Virus record (IMG/VR): IMGVR_UViG_2606217100_000005 | Length of the DNA: 21,957 bases | Strand: one strand, 5' to 3' | From: a virus | Taxonomy: Duplodnaviria > Heunggongvirae > Uroviricota > Caudoviricetes | Shown: positions 1-8,190 of the stretch, piece by piece | How the letters are laid out: each line of letters opens with the position of its first letter | Position numbering within the stretch: the stretch's first letter is position 1 | Position numbers and translations under genes: made by a program | Notes under the pieces: generated by a model | What the model saw: only the letters and a program-made list of their open reading frames with translations | Database searches by the model: none | What the model was told of the DNA's origin: nothing

Positions 1-300
1 ATGACAAAAACAGTATCAACCAGTAAAAAACCCCGTAAACAGCATTCGCCTGAATTTCGCAGTGAAGCCCTGAAGCTTGCTGAACGCATCGGTGTTACTG
101 CCGCAGCCCGTGAACTCAGCCTGTATGAATCACAGCTCTACAACTGGCGCAGTAAACAGCAAAATCAGCAGACGTCTTCTGAACGTGAACTGGAGATGTC
201 TACCGAGATTGCACGTCTCAAACGCCAGCTGGCAGAACGGGATGAAGAGCTGGCTATCCTCCAAAAGGCCGCGACATACTTCGCGAAGCGCCTGAAATGA
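1..300 (+). CDS. insE: IS3 OrfA (InsE-type HTH transposase subunit), 99 aa
   Basis: Translation [32 protein letters not shown]...AKRLK matches IS3 InsE as recalled; its stop overlaps the start of OrfB. Confidence 0.9.
262..268 (+). promoter_or_regulatory. Putative programmed -1 ribosomal frameshift motif (CAA AAG G) joining OrfA to OrfB
   Basis: A AAG motif sits in the OrfA frame about 30 nt before the OrfA stop. The OrfB frame (positions divisible by 3) is open from at least 264 through the ATG at 297. IS3-family elements are known to make an OrfAB fusion by -1 slippage at A-AAG. Confidence 0.45.
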
Positions 301-1163
301 AGTATGTCTTTATTGAAAAACATCAGGCTGAGTTCAGCATCAAAGCAATGTGCCGCGTGCTCCGGGTGGCCCGCAGCGGCTGGTATACGTGGTGTCAGCG
401 GCGGACAAGGATAAGCACGCGTCAGCAGTTCCGCCAACACTGCGACAGCGTTGTCCTCGCGGCTTTTACCCGGTCAAAACAGCGTTACGGTGCCCCACGC
501 CTGACGGATGAACTGCGTGCTCAGGGTTACCCCTTTAACGTAAAAACCGTGGCGGCAAGCCTGCGCCGTCAGGGACTGAGGGCAAAGGCCTCCCGGAAGT
601 TCAGCCCGGTCAGCTACCGCGCACACGGCCTGCCTGTGTCAGAAAATCTGTTGGAGCAGGATTTTTACGCCAGTGGCCCGAACCAGAAGTGGGCAGGAGA
701 CATCACGTACTTACGTACAGATGAAGGCTGGCTGTATCTGGCAGTGGTCATTGACCTGTGGTCACGTGCCGTTATTGGCTGGTCAATGTCGCCACGCATG
801 ACGGCGCAACTGGCCTGCGATGCCCTGCAGATGGCGCTGTGGCGGCGTAAGAGGCCCCGGAACGTTATCGTTCACACGGACCGTGGAGGCCAGTACTGTT
901 CAGCAGATTATCAGGCGCAACTGAAGCGGCATAATCTGCGTGGAAGTATGAGCGCAAAAGGTTGCTGCTACGATAATGCCTGCGTGGAAAGCTTCTTTCA
1001 TTCGCTGAAAGTGGAATGTATCCATGGAGAACACTTTATCAGCCGGGAAATAATGCGGGCAACGGTGTTTAATTATATCGAATGTGATTACAATCGGTGG
1101 CGGCGGCACAGTTGGTGTGGCGGCCTCAGTCCGGAACAATTTGAAAACAAGAACCTCGCTTAG
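297..1163 (+). CDS. insF: IS3 OrfB (InsF-type DDE/rve transposase catalytic subunit), 288 aa
   Basis: Integrase-core-like segment ([31 protein letters not shown]...HTDRGGQY...) and recalled identity to IS3 InsF; frame is -1 relative to OrfA. Confidence 0.9.
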
Positions 1164-1193
1164 GCCTGTGTCCATATTACGTGGGTAGGATCA

Positions 1194-1307
1194 CAGCACG
1201 ACATGCTTGTACTCGGCTGCATCAATGTTCTTACGTAGCTTGTCAGCTGCTTTCCACAGGATGACCTCTAACGGGTCTGTTTTGATTTCTTTAGGTTTTC
1301 TTGCCAT
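1194..1307 (-). pseudogene. 5' fragment (38 codons) of a type I restriction-modification methyltransferase (HsdM-like) gene, cut off by IS3
   Basis: Minus-strand ATG at 1307 gives MARKPKEIKTDPLEVILWKAADKLRKNIDAAEYKHVVL, then runs into the IS3 terminus. The LWKAADxLR...YKHVVLGL pattern is the typical N-terminus of HsdM-type N6-adenine methyltransferases (recalled family pattern, not searched). Confidence 0.5.
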
Positions 1308-2043
1308 TGGCGTAACTTCGTGAATTAGGATGGTAGCCCTATTTTGCCTTAAAGTTCCGCTTGTTACGAGCTTATACAGCGATTAATTATTATCTGATTT
1401 TAGTGTTTTCGTTCAGCTCAGCAAGTGCAATGACTCATGGGGTAAGTGCTTTGTAACAGGGTTGTTGATGTCAGTCGTTGGCCCTCAATGGAGTCACGGT
1501 CATAGGCATAATTGCTGTATAGCTGTTAATGTTTGTCTGGGTGAATTTCTACTATTCGGACTAACACCAAGTGAGTTCCATACTACATAACTGTGAGAAT
1601 TTTCTGTACCCTTCACTCTATCCTCTTCTTGCATATTTACAGGAAGATAAAGCAAAAGATACAAAACTTTGTAATCAAAAAACTGTCTTAATGTACTTAC
1701 ATCACGTTTAGTTATTAAATTTTTTGTCATGGTGAAAATTTTTACTTGGTCATTAAAATTCATCGGGTGTTAATATTCTAAACGAATAGGATGTCAAGCT
1801 AAAATGATGTGTCAAGTTGTTTGTAAAGTGAGAGGTTTATTTTTGGAAGAAATGCTTAAGAGAAGTATATATGATATTTGCCTGAATATAATTATTGATA
1901 TGCAAGGTTGGCAGAGGTTTTCTTTCTTTTCTAACCGAAGGGAAGAAAAGCAAGGGGAACTCGAAGAAGCAAGCGCAGCGGCTTCGCAGAGTTAGCCCTT
2001 GCTTCTCTTATAATTGGCATTATTCATTCAAGAACAATAGGAT

Positions 2044-2063
2044 CTTCGCTTGTACAAGCGAAG
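2044..2063. repeat. 20-bp perfect palindrome CTTCGCTTGTACAAGCGAAG in AT-rich non-coding tract
   Basis: Read directly: CTTCGCTTGT is the reverse complement of ACAAGCGAAG. Related GCGAAG/CTTCGC motifs occur nearby (about 1964-2007). No adjacent T-run, so not an obvious terminator. Confidence 0.8.
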
Positions 2064-2718
2064 CTATAATAAAAACAATCAATTAATTATTTTTAAAGTA
2101 TTAAACAAGAACCTATTGACATTCATAAAATACAAGTTATTTATAATGTATGCCATAAATAAAAAGTTTTATGTCATATGTATCCTGCACTATGTGCAGT
2201 TAATGTACCACTTGTCCCATAGATGGGAATATTGGAAAGGTTACTTTGTTTTGAAGTAGCCTTTCGTCCTTCAATATTAACGATTACTTATTGCTATTAC
2301 CAAGTCCAGTCGAATCGAAGAACATCTTTTATCTGAAACGACTCCTAATACCCGGTTAAAGCCACAATATCTCTCGCATACGTAGACCAAAGAAAAATTA
2401 TGATATTAAATATGTGATTTTTTTTAGTGTTAAGTTGAATAATTAAATACTGGAGAGTTTTCTGTGCACTACCAATTGCTGGTTCATCTGTTCTGCCGCT
2501 GATGTTTCTGACGAATCTCCCGGTGACACAGAACTGTCCCTCTCTACCAGCCTTTATTCGACTCAATGTCCGGCTGCTGATACGCAGTTATCCCTTCGTA
2601 TCAATGACTTACACTTAAACGTAATGCTTTGGTTGCTGGCGTATCTGACAGCTTCTTCGGCGTGAAGGTCGTTGTGTAAGTATACTTCTTGGTTTATTTA
2701 GGCTATATAAAACCATGA

Positions 2719-3615
2719 CTATGACTTGCTGTTTTCAGTAAGAGTCTTATCATCCAAAGAATTTATTCTAGAAATTCTTTTTAACTCATTAAGATAATCA
2801 ACCTCGTTTTCTAAGAACCAATGAAGAACTTTAGAATTGCCAAGTAATTTATTAATATATGACTGGATTATAACGAATTTCAACATATCTGAACCATACT
2901 CGGTTTGAAGCTTTTTCGTTTCTTCCGAAGTTGTTGCCATTTCTTGTTCCAGACGAAGTATGGTTTTTTTTATGTCCTTTTTATAGGGAGTGTTTTTCCC
3001 TTTATTTACTATCATCGATGCCGGTGTTGCATCCAAGATGCTCATTGCAAATTTTTTACTATAATTATCAAAATTAATCATTGTACCGACTGCTTCAATT
3101 TGGCGAATTGGCTTCATTTTCCTCAAAACGTCAAATGTAGCCTTAGGTATAGGTTTATCAGAAAGTTTCGCAATTACACTTGAATCTATGCCGTTCATCA
3201 CATTCGCTTTATCTTTTATGGCATCAACAGATATGCCCAAAGCAGCACTAAGTTTTTCAATTGATACTTTTGCCAGAGACTTAATTATCATTCTATGTTC
3301 TTCAACTACATTTATATGATTCACTTGTTTGTTAGGAGTGAAAGCATCATCTATGCTCGAAAGTATACATGGAGCTTTTTCTATACCTAAGTCTTTTAAA
3401 GCCTCAACCCTTAAATGGCCATCAAGTATCTTAGTGACATCTTTATCTTTGTCATAGAATACTATTATTGGTTCAATAATACCTAAGCTTTCGATAGAGG
3501 TAACTATTTGATGATATTTATGGCTTCGCTTTACGTTTTCTAATAATTCCTTAGATGGAATTAACTTATTAGTTTCCAGGTAAATAAAATTATCGCCAAA
3601 ACGTATCTGAATCAT
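2719..3615 (-). CDS. ParB-like N-terminal domain protein (paralog B), 298 aa
   Basis: ORF with ATGA stop/start overlap to the upstream gene. Motif ...IIEPIIVFYD...KILDGHLRVEALKDLG... resembles the ParB/Spo0J N-domain arginine-finger box (GERRxRA / DGQHR-like). AT-rich codon usage. Confidence 0.7.
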   Translation of the reverse strand: MIQIRFGDNFIYLETNKLIPSKELLENVKRSHKYHQIVTSIESLGIIEPIIVFYDKDKDVTKILDGHLRVEALKDLGIEKAPCILSSIDDAFTPNKQVNHINVVEEHRMIIKSLAKVSIEKLSAALGISVDAIKDKANVMNGIDSSVIAKLSDKPIPKATFDVLRKMKPIRQIEAVGTMINFDNYSKKFAMSILDATPASMIVNKGKNTPYKKDIKKTILRLEQEMATTSEETKKLQTEYGSDMLKFVIIQSYINKLLGNSKVLHWFLENEVDYLNELKRISRINSLDDKTLTENSKS

Positions 3616-4508
3616 TTTAATACCTCTTTGTTTACTGGGGTTAATATCTGAGATGGTAGTTCTGAAAGATTCTCTTGTTCAAGTATATGTTGAAAGCTTT
3701 TATTCATCATTATGATGTTAAAAATCTCATTTACTATTAGTAGGTTGGTTTTTATGAATTTTGAGTTGTTATAAACAGATTTATGTTCAGCGATACTATT
3801 TTCATAAAGCTCAATCAACTCCTCTGCAGTCATCCTTTTTGATGGTTTGTGATAATAAAATCCGGCTGCTTTTGCACCTTTATTCCCAACTGTTCTTTGA
3901 TTTAGAATGTGTTTTATCTTTATAATGTCCCGACTTTTTATTAATTTTTTATCATATGCTTCGGTAAGAATATCTTGTGCTTCCTCAGTTTCACATCTTG
4001 CAAATTGCACTGCGAGATACAGAGGCAAATTACCCCGTTCGACTGCTGAGAGAAGTTTATGCTCTCCCTTATCAAGTAGCATATTAATACTGCTCACCCA
4101 GTTCGATGAATATCCAGTAATCTCACTTATTTCGGAGTCTGAAAGTCCTCTGATTTTCATGTCTTTAATCACCTGTAATAACTCATTAGAACGTGGTCTT
4201 CTCCTTGCAATGTTTTCAACTAAACTCATAACGTAAGCATCTTCTTCTGATACATCTCTTATAATTGCTGGAATAATAGTTTCACCTAATGCAACGAGAG
4301 CCTCTATTCTCCCTTGACCACAAATTAAAGCATATTTGAAATCGCCTTCATCAATAGCTCTTACGCTTATAGGCTTGCTTAATCCTCTTTTTTTTATGCT
4401 TTCCTTTATTTCTTCATGCACTACCTTATTTCTTGTTCGTGGGTTAAGAAATTTTATTTTTGCAATCTCAATTTGAATTATTGGGAATTCATTTTTTTCA
4501 GGCAGCAT
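3612..4508 (-). CDS. ParB/Spo0J-like protein with central HTH (paralog A), 298 aa
   Basis: N-terminus IIQIEIAKIKFLNPRTRNK...SKPISVRAIDEGDFKYALICGQGRIEALVALGETIIPAIIRDVSEED follows the ParB N-domain pattern; followed by an HTH-like segment GLSDSEISEITGYSSNWV. Overlaps the recombinase gene by 11 nt. Confidence 0.7.
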   Translation of the reverse strand: MLPEKNEFPIIQIEIAKIKFLNPRTRNKVVHEEIKESIKKRGLSKPISVRAIDEGDFKYALICGQGRIEALVALGETIIPAIIRDVSEEDAYVMSLVENIARRRPRSNELLQVIKDMKIRGLSDSEISEITGYSSNWVSSINMLLDKGEHKLLSAVERGNLPLYLAVQFARCETEEAQDILTEAYDKKLIKSRDIIKIKHILNQRTVGNKGAKAAGFYYHKPSKRMTAEELIELYENSIAEHKSVYNNSKFIKTNLLIVNEIFNIIMMNKSFQHILEQENLSELPSQILTPVNKEVLK

Positions 4509-6054
4509 ATAGTTCCCTCACTTTCATGCGAGTAATAATTTGTAGAAGTTTATCAAGATTATCAAATCTATAGAGATCTAATCGAATGTTGTTTGTTTCC
4601 GTCATGCACATTTTATTATATTCGTTTTCAATCTTTGGTATGATATAAAAATCAAGAGGTGAAATATTTTGTGAATTCATTCGTATAACAATTGTTATGT
4701 CTGCTTTCTGTGAGTTATCAAACCGGACTTTCCATCTAAGTTTACCTGATTTCATATGTATGCATTTAGTAACAAGGACGGAAATTAAAAACTCATCATT
4801 GATGTAAAGCATTGGGGCATATTTATACTCGTCTATATGACAGTTACTTTTTAAAATTTCACCCTTAAAATCCTCAATTATCTCTGAGTAAAATGATCTT
4901 AGTGCTTCATTTATTTTGAGATAGCTGTAATCATGTTCTGGCTTATAACCAATCAAAGTATATGCTCTTAAAAGACCACCAAATCGGGTTCTATAAACAG
5001 AAGATGAAGGGCCTGTATCATCTTCATCAATGATAAAGCCTGATAGTTTTCCATTAGATTCTAATTTTTGTTTTAGTTTTTCTAATAGATCTTCATTAGT
5101 CAAATGAATGGATCGGAGCTGAATTATTTCTTGAGCTTTATTGTATTTTTTCTTTGAAATAATAGGTTTATATGCCTTGTCACATCTAACCCATTCATGT
5201 TTGGGGTTTTTTACAAGCCTACTTTTTAATTTAGATGAGGTTTTGTTATATATGTTGTTTCCAATATATTTTTCATTTGTCAAAATTTGATGTATTTTTG
5301 CACGAGTCCATAATGTTCCATTTTCTGCAGGTATGTTCTGTTCATTTAATCTCTCAGCAATAATGAATTCTGGGACGTTATTATCTATAAAGAGATCATA
5401 TATTCTATTTACAATTTTTATTTCATTTTTTGGTCCCGGAATTAATATTACCCTATCTGTTTGAATACTCTTTCTTTTGCGGAAACTCAATATTTCTTTA
5501 GCTATGCCATTTTCGTCTACTAAAAGACGTCTCAGCCCATAACCAGCCATACCGCCTTGATGATAACCAAGCTTTATTAAATTTACTTGCCCTATAAATA
5601 CCTTTTCAGATAGATTCCTGCTGTGATATGCAGCACTAGATCTTTTTATATTCAGTATAACAGAGGACTCTAAAGGGAAATCTTTAGTGGGTATAGGTTC
5701 GGAACAATATATAAGATCTACACCATTTCTCTCAAATAGAAAGGAATAATATGCCGCTTCATCACTATTTTGAAAACGACCAAAACGGCTCACATCATAA
5801 AATAATACAGCCTGTATATCTATTTTCTTTTGTTCTACATCGCTAAGTAACTGCTGCAAAGAATGCCTGCCTACGATACTGACTCCGCTCTTACCTGCAT
5901 CATCGTAGGTATAAGCGATTTCCATATTGTTCTTTTCAGCATAATCTTTGATATATTCGGACTGATTATGTAAAGAATATTGCTGATGGTCGGTAGACAT
6001 CCTCAAGTACTGCGCGACCCTAACTCTATGATTTTTTTCATTTTCGCTAGCCAT
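4498..6054 (-). CDS. Large serine recombinase (resolvase/integrase family), 518 aa
   Basis: N-terminal VAQYLRMSTDHQ motif (catalytic serine context of resolvase-family enzymes) followed by a long C-terminal extension typical of large serine recombinases; ATG start with GAGG upstream. Confidence 0.85.
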   Translation of the reverse strand: MASENEKNHRVRVAQYLRMSTDHQQYSLHNQSEYIKDYAEKNNMEIAYTYDDAGKSGVSIVGRHSLQQLLSDVEQKKIDIQAVLFYDVSRFGRFQNSDEAAYYSFLFERNGVDLIYCSEPIPTKDFPLESSVILNIKRSSAAYHSRNLSEKVFIGQVNLIKLGYHQGGMAGYGLRRLLVDENGIAKEILSFRKRKSIQTDRVILIPGPKNEIKIVNRIYDLFIDNNVPEFIIAERLNEQNIPAENGTLWTRAKIHQILTNEKYIGNNIYNKTSSKLKSRLVKNPKHEWVRCDKAYKPIISKKKYNKAQEIIQLRSIHLTNEDLLEKLKQKLESNGKLSGFIIDEDDTGPSSSVYRTRFGGLLRAYTLIGYKPEHDYSYLKINEALRSFYSEIIEDFKGEILKSNCHIDEYKYAPMLYINDEFLISVLVTKCIHMKSGKLRWKVRFDNSQKADITIVIRMNSQNISPLDFYIIPKIENEYNKMCMTETNNIRLDLYRFDNLDKLLQIITRMKVRELYAA

Positions 6055-6336
6055 GCACGAAACCTCATGGATGATTCAATACAATGTAGTGGATAAAATT
6101 GATCAAATTTTAACCGAATTCAACTGTTTTATCATTGATTAGAGCGAATTTGGTAGATCTTCGAGGTGTATGATAATCGAGAAGAGATGTGAATTATTTA
6201 GCTGATATGACCGACAGCTTTCGTTATGTGGACTCAATGTCCCCATTTGTAAATGGCTATGCTTAGTCCACATAGGTTAATGGTGTGATTATTAATTCTT
6301 TAACTAAATCAAGATAGTTAATCCATCATGGGAGAG

Positions 6337-7566
6337 TTATGCGGCAATAACTTTGCATTTTTGAGACGAAACATAGTCACTCCACCATTGCATGAGAACC
6401 ACCCGTTCAGTGAGATACTCTGCACGATTGTAGGCTGCAATTATTTCATCTTTCTTCGAGTGGGCAAGGGCGGCTTCTAAGACATCAGTCCTAAACTTGC
6501 CAGACTCCTCAGCAGCCGTTCTAGCAATGGATCGCATACCGTGAGCTACAAGCTCACCTCCGAAACCCATACGGATTATGGCCGCATTAGCTGTTTGTTC
6601 ATGCATGTGATTGAGTGGAGCTTTGATACTGGGGAACACCCACTCTCTATGCCCGCTGATGACTTTCATTAAATCCAAAACTCGCAAAGCTTCTTTGCTC
6701 AGTGGAACTTTGTGAGGCTTCTTCATTTTCATAAACTCCGCCGGGATGTTCCACATGCCAGTTTCAATATCAATATCTGACCATCTTGTGCGAACAGCTT
6801 CACCTGGGCGAACCCATGTGAGAAGTTGCCACTCAATCAGTAGCCTTGTTTCCAAACGGATAGAAGCATTGTTTAGAGCAACCAAGAAGCGAGGGAGTTC
6901 GGAAGGGGGTAATGCTGGCATATTCTGTTTTTTTGGCTTGCTGAACCGTTGCCCCAGGTTGTCTGCCGGGTTGAATTCTATGAGTTCTTCTGTTGCTGCA
7001 TAGCGGAAAATTTCATTCAGGCGGGATATGATGCGGCGAAGTGTTTCAAGGACACCTCGTTTTTCTATGGGTTCTAAATGCTGTTTAAGCATTTTAGGGC
7101 GAATCTCCTTAATTGGGGTATCACCCAATGTGGAAAAGATATTTCTCTCTAGGCTTCGCCAGATGTCGTTAGCATGATCTTGGGAGATGCCTGACGTTTT
7201 GACTTTCTCATCAAGCCACTTCTTGGCTACTGCTTGAAATGTATGTTCCGTGGCATCTTTCAGTGCATTGGCTTTTTGGTTGTTATGAACTTGGGGGTCT
7301 ATACCATTTGTAAGCAACGACAAGTATTCATCACGTAAAGCTCGTGCCTTCGCAAGTGTAAGGTGAGGATAGGTTCCTAAGCTCACCTTAGTTCGCTTTT
7401 TGGTCACAGGCACTGCATATCTGAAATACCAATTTTTCTTCCCTCCCTTCGCCAGGGGAGCGATTCGCAACAGCAAACCATCGCCGTCAAAAAGGTTAAC
7501 CTCTTTTTCGGCAGGTTTGGTGCTTTTGATTTCAGTGTCAGTGAGCTTCTTAGCGATTTTGGCCAT
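6337..7566 (-). CDS. Tyrosine integrase, P4/CP4-57 (IntA-like) family, 409 aa; ORF extends to 7647 but the ATG at 7566 is preferred
   Basis: N-terminus MAKIAKKLTDTEIKSTKP...LFDGDGLLLRIAP is the P4-type arm-binding domain; C-terminal HGMRSIARTAA...AYNRAEYL holds the catalytic tyrosine region. Lies next to the ssrA 3'-end repeat in the same orientation as int follows ssrA in E. coli K-12. Confidence 0.85.
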   Translation of the reverse strand: MAKIAKKLTDTEIKSTKPAEKEVNLFDGDGLLLRIAPLAKGGKKNWYFRYAVPVTKKRTKVSLGTYPHLTLAKARALRDEYLSLLTNGIDPQVHNNQKANALKDATEHTFQAVAKKWLDEKVKTSGISQDHANDIWRSLERNIFSTLGDTPIKEIRPKMLKQHLEPIEKRGVLETLRRIISRLNEIFRYAATEELIEFNPADNLGQRFSKPKKQNMPALPPSELPRFLVALNNASIRLETRLLIEWQLLTWVRPGEAVRTRWSDIDIETGMWNIPAEFMKMKKPHKVPLSKEALRVLDLMKVISGHREWVFPSIKAPLNHMHEQTANAAIIRMGFGGELVAHGMRSIARTAAEESGKFRTDVLEAALAHSKKDEIIAAYNRAEYLTERVVLMQWWSDYVSSQKCKVIAA

Positions 7567-7663
7567 GTTTGGGACCCTCGATTTTAGGACCCATCTTCGT
7601 GGGTCCCATTCAGGGTGCCATAACTCGTAGTTCTCAGCAATTCTCACTAGACTACAATAGACG

Positions 7664-7697
7664 TAAAAAAGCCCGCAGAGCTTGTGCTGTGCGGGCT
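7664..7697 (-). terminator. Intrinsic terminator (minus strand) between att repeat and integrase
   Basis: On the minus strand, stem AGCCCGCA...UGCGGGCU followed by UUUUUU (plus strand AAAAAAGCCCGCAGAGCTTGTGCTGTGCGGGCT). Confidence 0.6.
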
Positions 7698-7731
7698 TAG
7701 TAGACTTTACTGAACTTCAGTACATCAATAT

Positions 7732-7763
7732 TTGGTGGAGCTGGCGGGAGTTGAACCCGTGTC
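7732..7763 (-). repeat. 32-bp direct repeat of the ssrA 3' end (att core), 31/32 identical to 21556-21587
   Basis: TGGTGGAGCTGGCGGGAGTTGAACCCGtGTCC here versus TGGTGGAGCTGGCGGGAGTTGAACCCGcGTCC at the true ssrA 3' end; sequence diverges after this point. Confidence 0.9.
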
Positions 7764-7973
7764 CATAGTTATGTAATTCATTGAATTTAAATAGCCAAAT
7801 ATTGTTGATTTTACAAGCGGCTCTTTTGCGGAACTTTTTCTGTCCTGTTACTGTCTTACTATTTATTTTAAAATAGTTTCATTTGGAATTAATGGTTTGT
7901 GGTTGCAGTTTCGGAGATAGATAGCATTTTTTGCTAAAAAATATTTTTATAAAAAATGTGTGTAAAAATGATG

Positions 7974-7996
7974 TTATGCACAGATTTATGCACAGA
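7974..7996 (+). promoter_or_regulatory. Two tandem DnaA-box-like 9-mers TTATGCACA (consensus TTATNCACA), with a third inverted near-match at 8020-8028
   Basis: TTATGCACAGA t TTATGCACAGA read directly; reverse strand of 8020-8028 reads TTATCCAAA. About 200 bp upstream of the 8191 ORF. Function not established. Confidence 0.3.
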
Positions 7997-8190
7997 GGCT
8001 TTGTGATAAACCAGATTGTTTTGGATAAGTTTGTTTTTTTGTGATTTGTCAACAATATTATTGACTCTTGTTACTAAAGTGAGTGTTTTCTAAGGTGGTC
8101 AGAAGTTGTCCCTTCATGTAATCTTATTAGCCATAAAGAACAAAAAATAATTCAACATCATTACCAACTATTTGTAAGATAAGGTTTTTA

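Larger units (their letters stand above)
1..1193 (+). mobile_element. IS3 insertion sequence; left end cut by window edge, right terminal inverted repeat ends at 1193
   Basis: OrfA/OrfB pair with -1 frame overlap typical of the IS3 family. The 3' terminal sequence ...GGCCTGTGTCCATATTACGTGGGTAGGATCA matches the IS3 right inverted repeat as I recall it. Sequence switches abruptly to an unrelated coding fragment at 1194. Confidence 0.9.

Noticed and set aside
77-1175. ORFs overlapping or antisense to the IS3 transposase genes (77-295, 165-440, 900-1175)
   Set aside because: They lie within or opposite the well-supported insE/insF reading frames and have arginine/serine-rich out-of-frame composition.
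1500-2566. Small ORFs in the AT-rich tract (1500-1763, 1804-1995, 1895-2086, 2050-2259, 2345-2566)
   Set aside because: Low-complexity, Lys/Ile/Asn/Phe-rich translations typical of random frames in AT-rich DNA; mutually overlapping; no RBS/start support seen. The tract is treated as non-coding or regulatory.
2905-4236. Plus-strand ORFs inside the ParB-like genes (2905-3183, 3907-4236)
   Set aside because: Antisense to strongly supported minus-strand genes; Phe/Ile/Cys-rich composition typical of the reverse frame of AT-rich coding DNA.
2719-6054. ParA/ParB plasmid partition cassette
   Set aside because: No Walker-A ATPase gene is present in or next to the operon; the ParB-like genes are instead coupled to a serine recombinase, so classical partition function is unlikely as annotated.
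6746-7630. Plus-strand ORFs inside the P4-type integrase (6746-7003, 7400-7630)
   Set aside because: Antisense to the integrase gene; no motifs or translation signals.
7567-7647. Upstream extension of the P4-type integrase to 7647 (436 aa)
   Set aside because: The extension (MRIAENYELWHPEWDPRRWVLKSRVPN) is unlike the conserved P4-type N-terminus, which begins at the MAKIAKKLTDTEIK segment at 7566.
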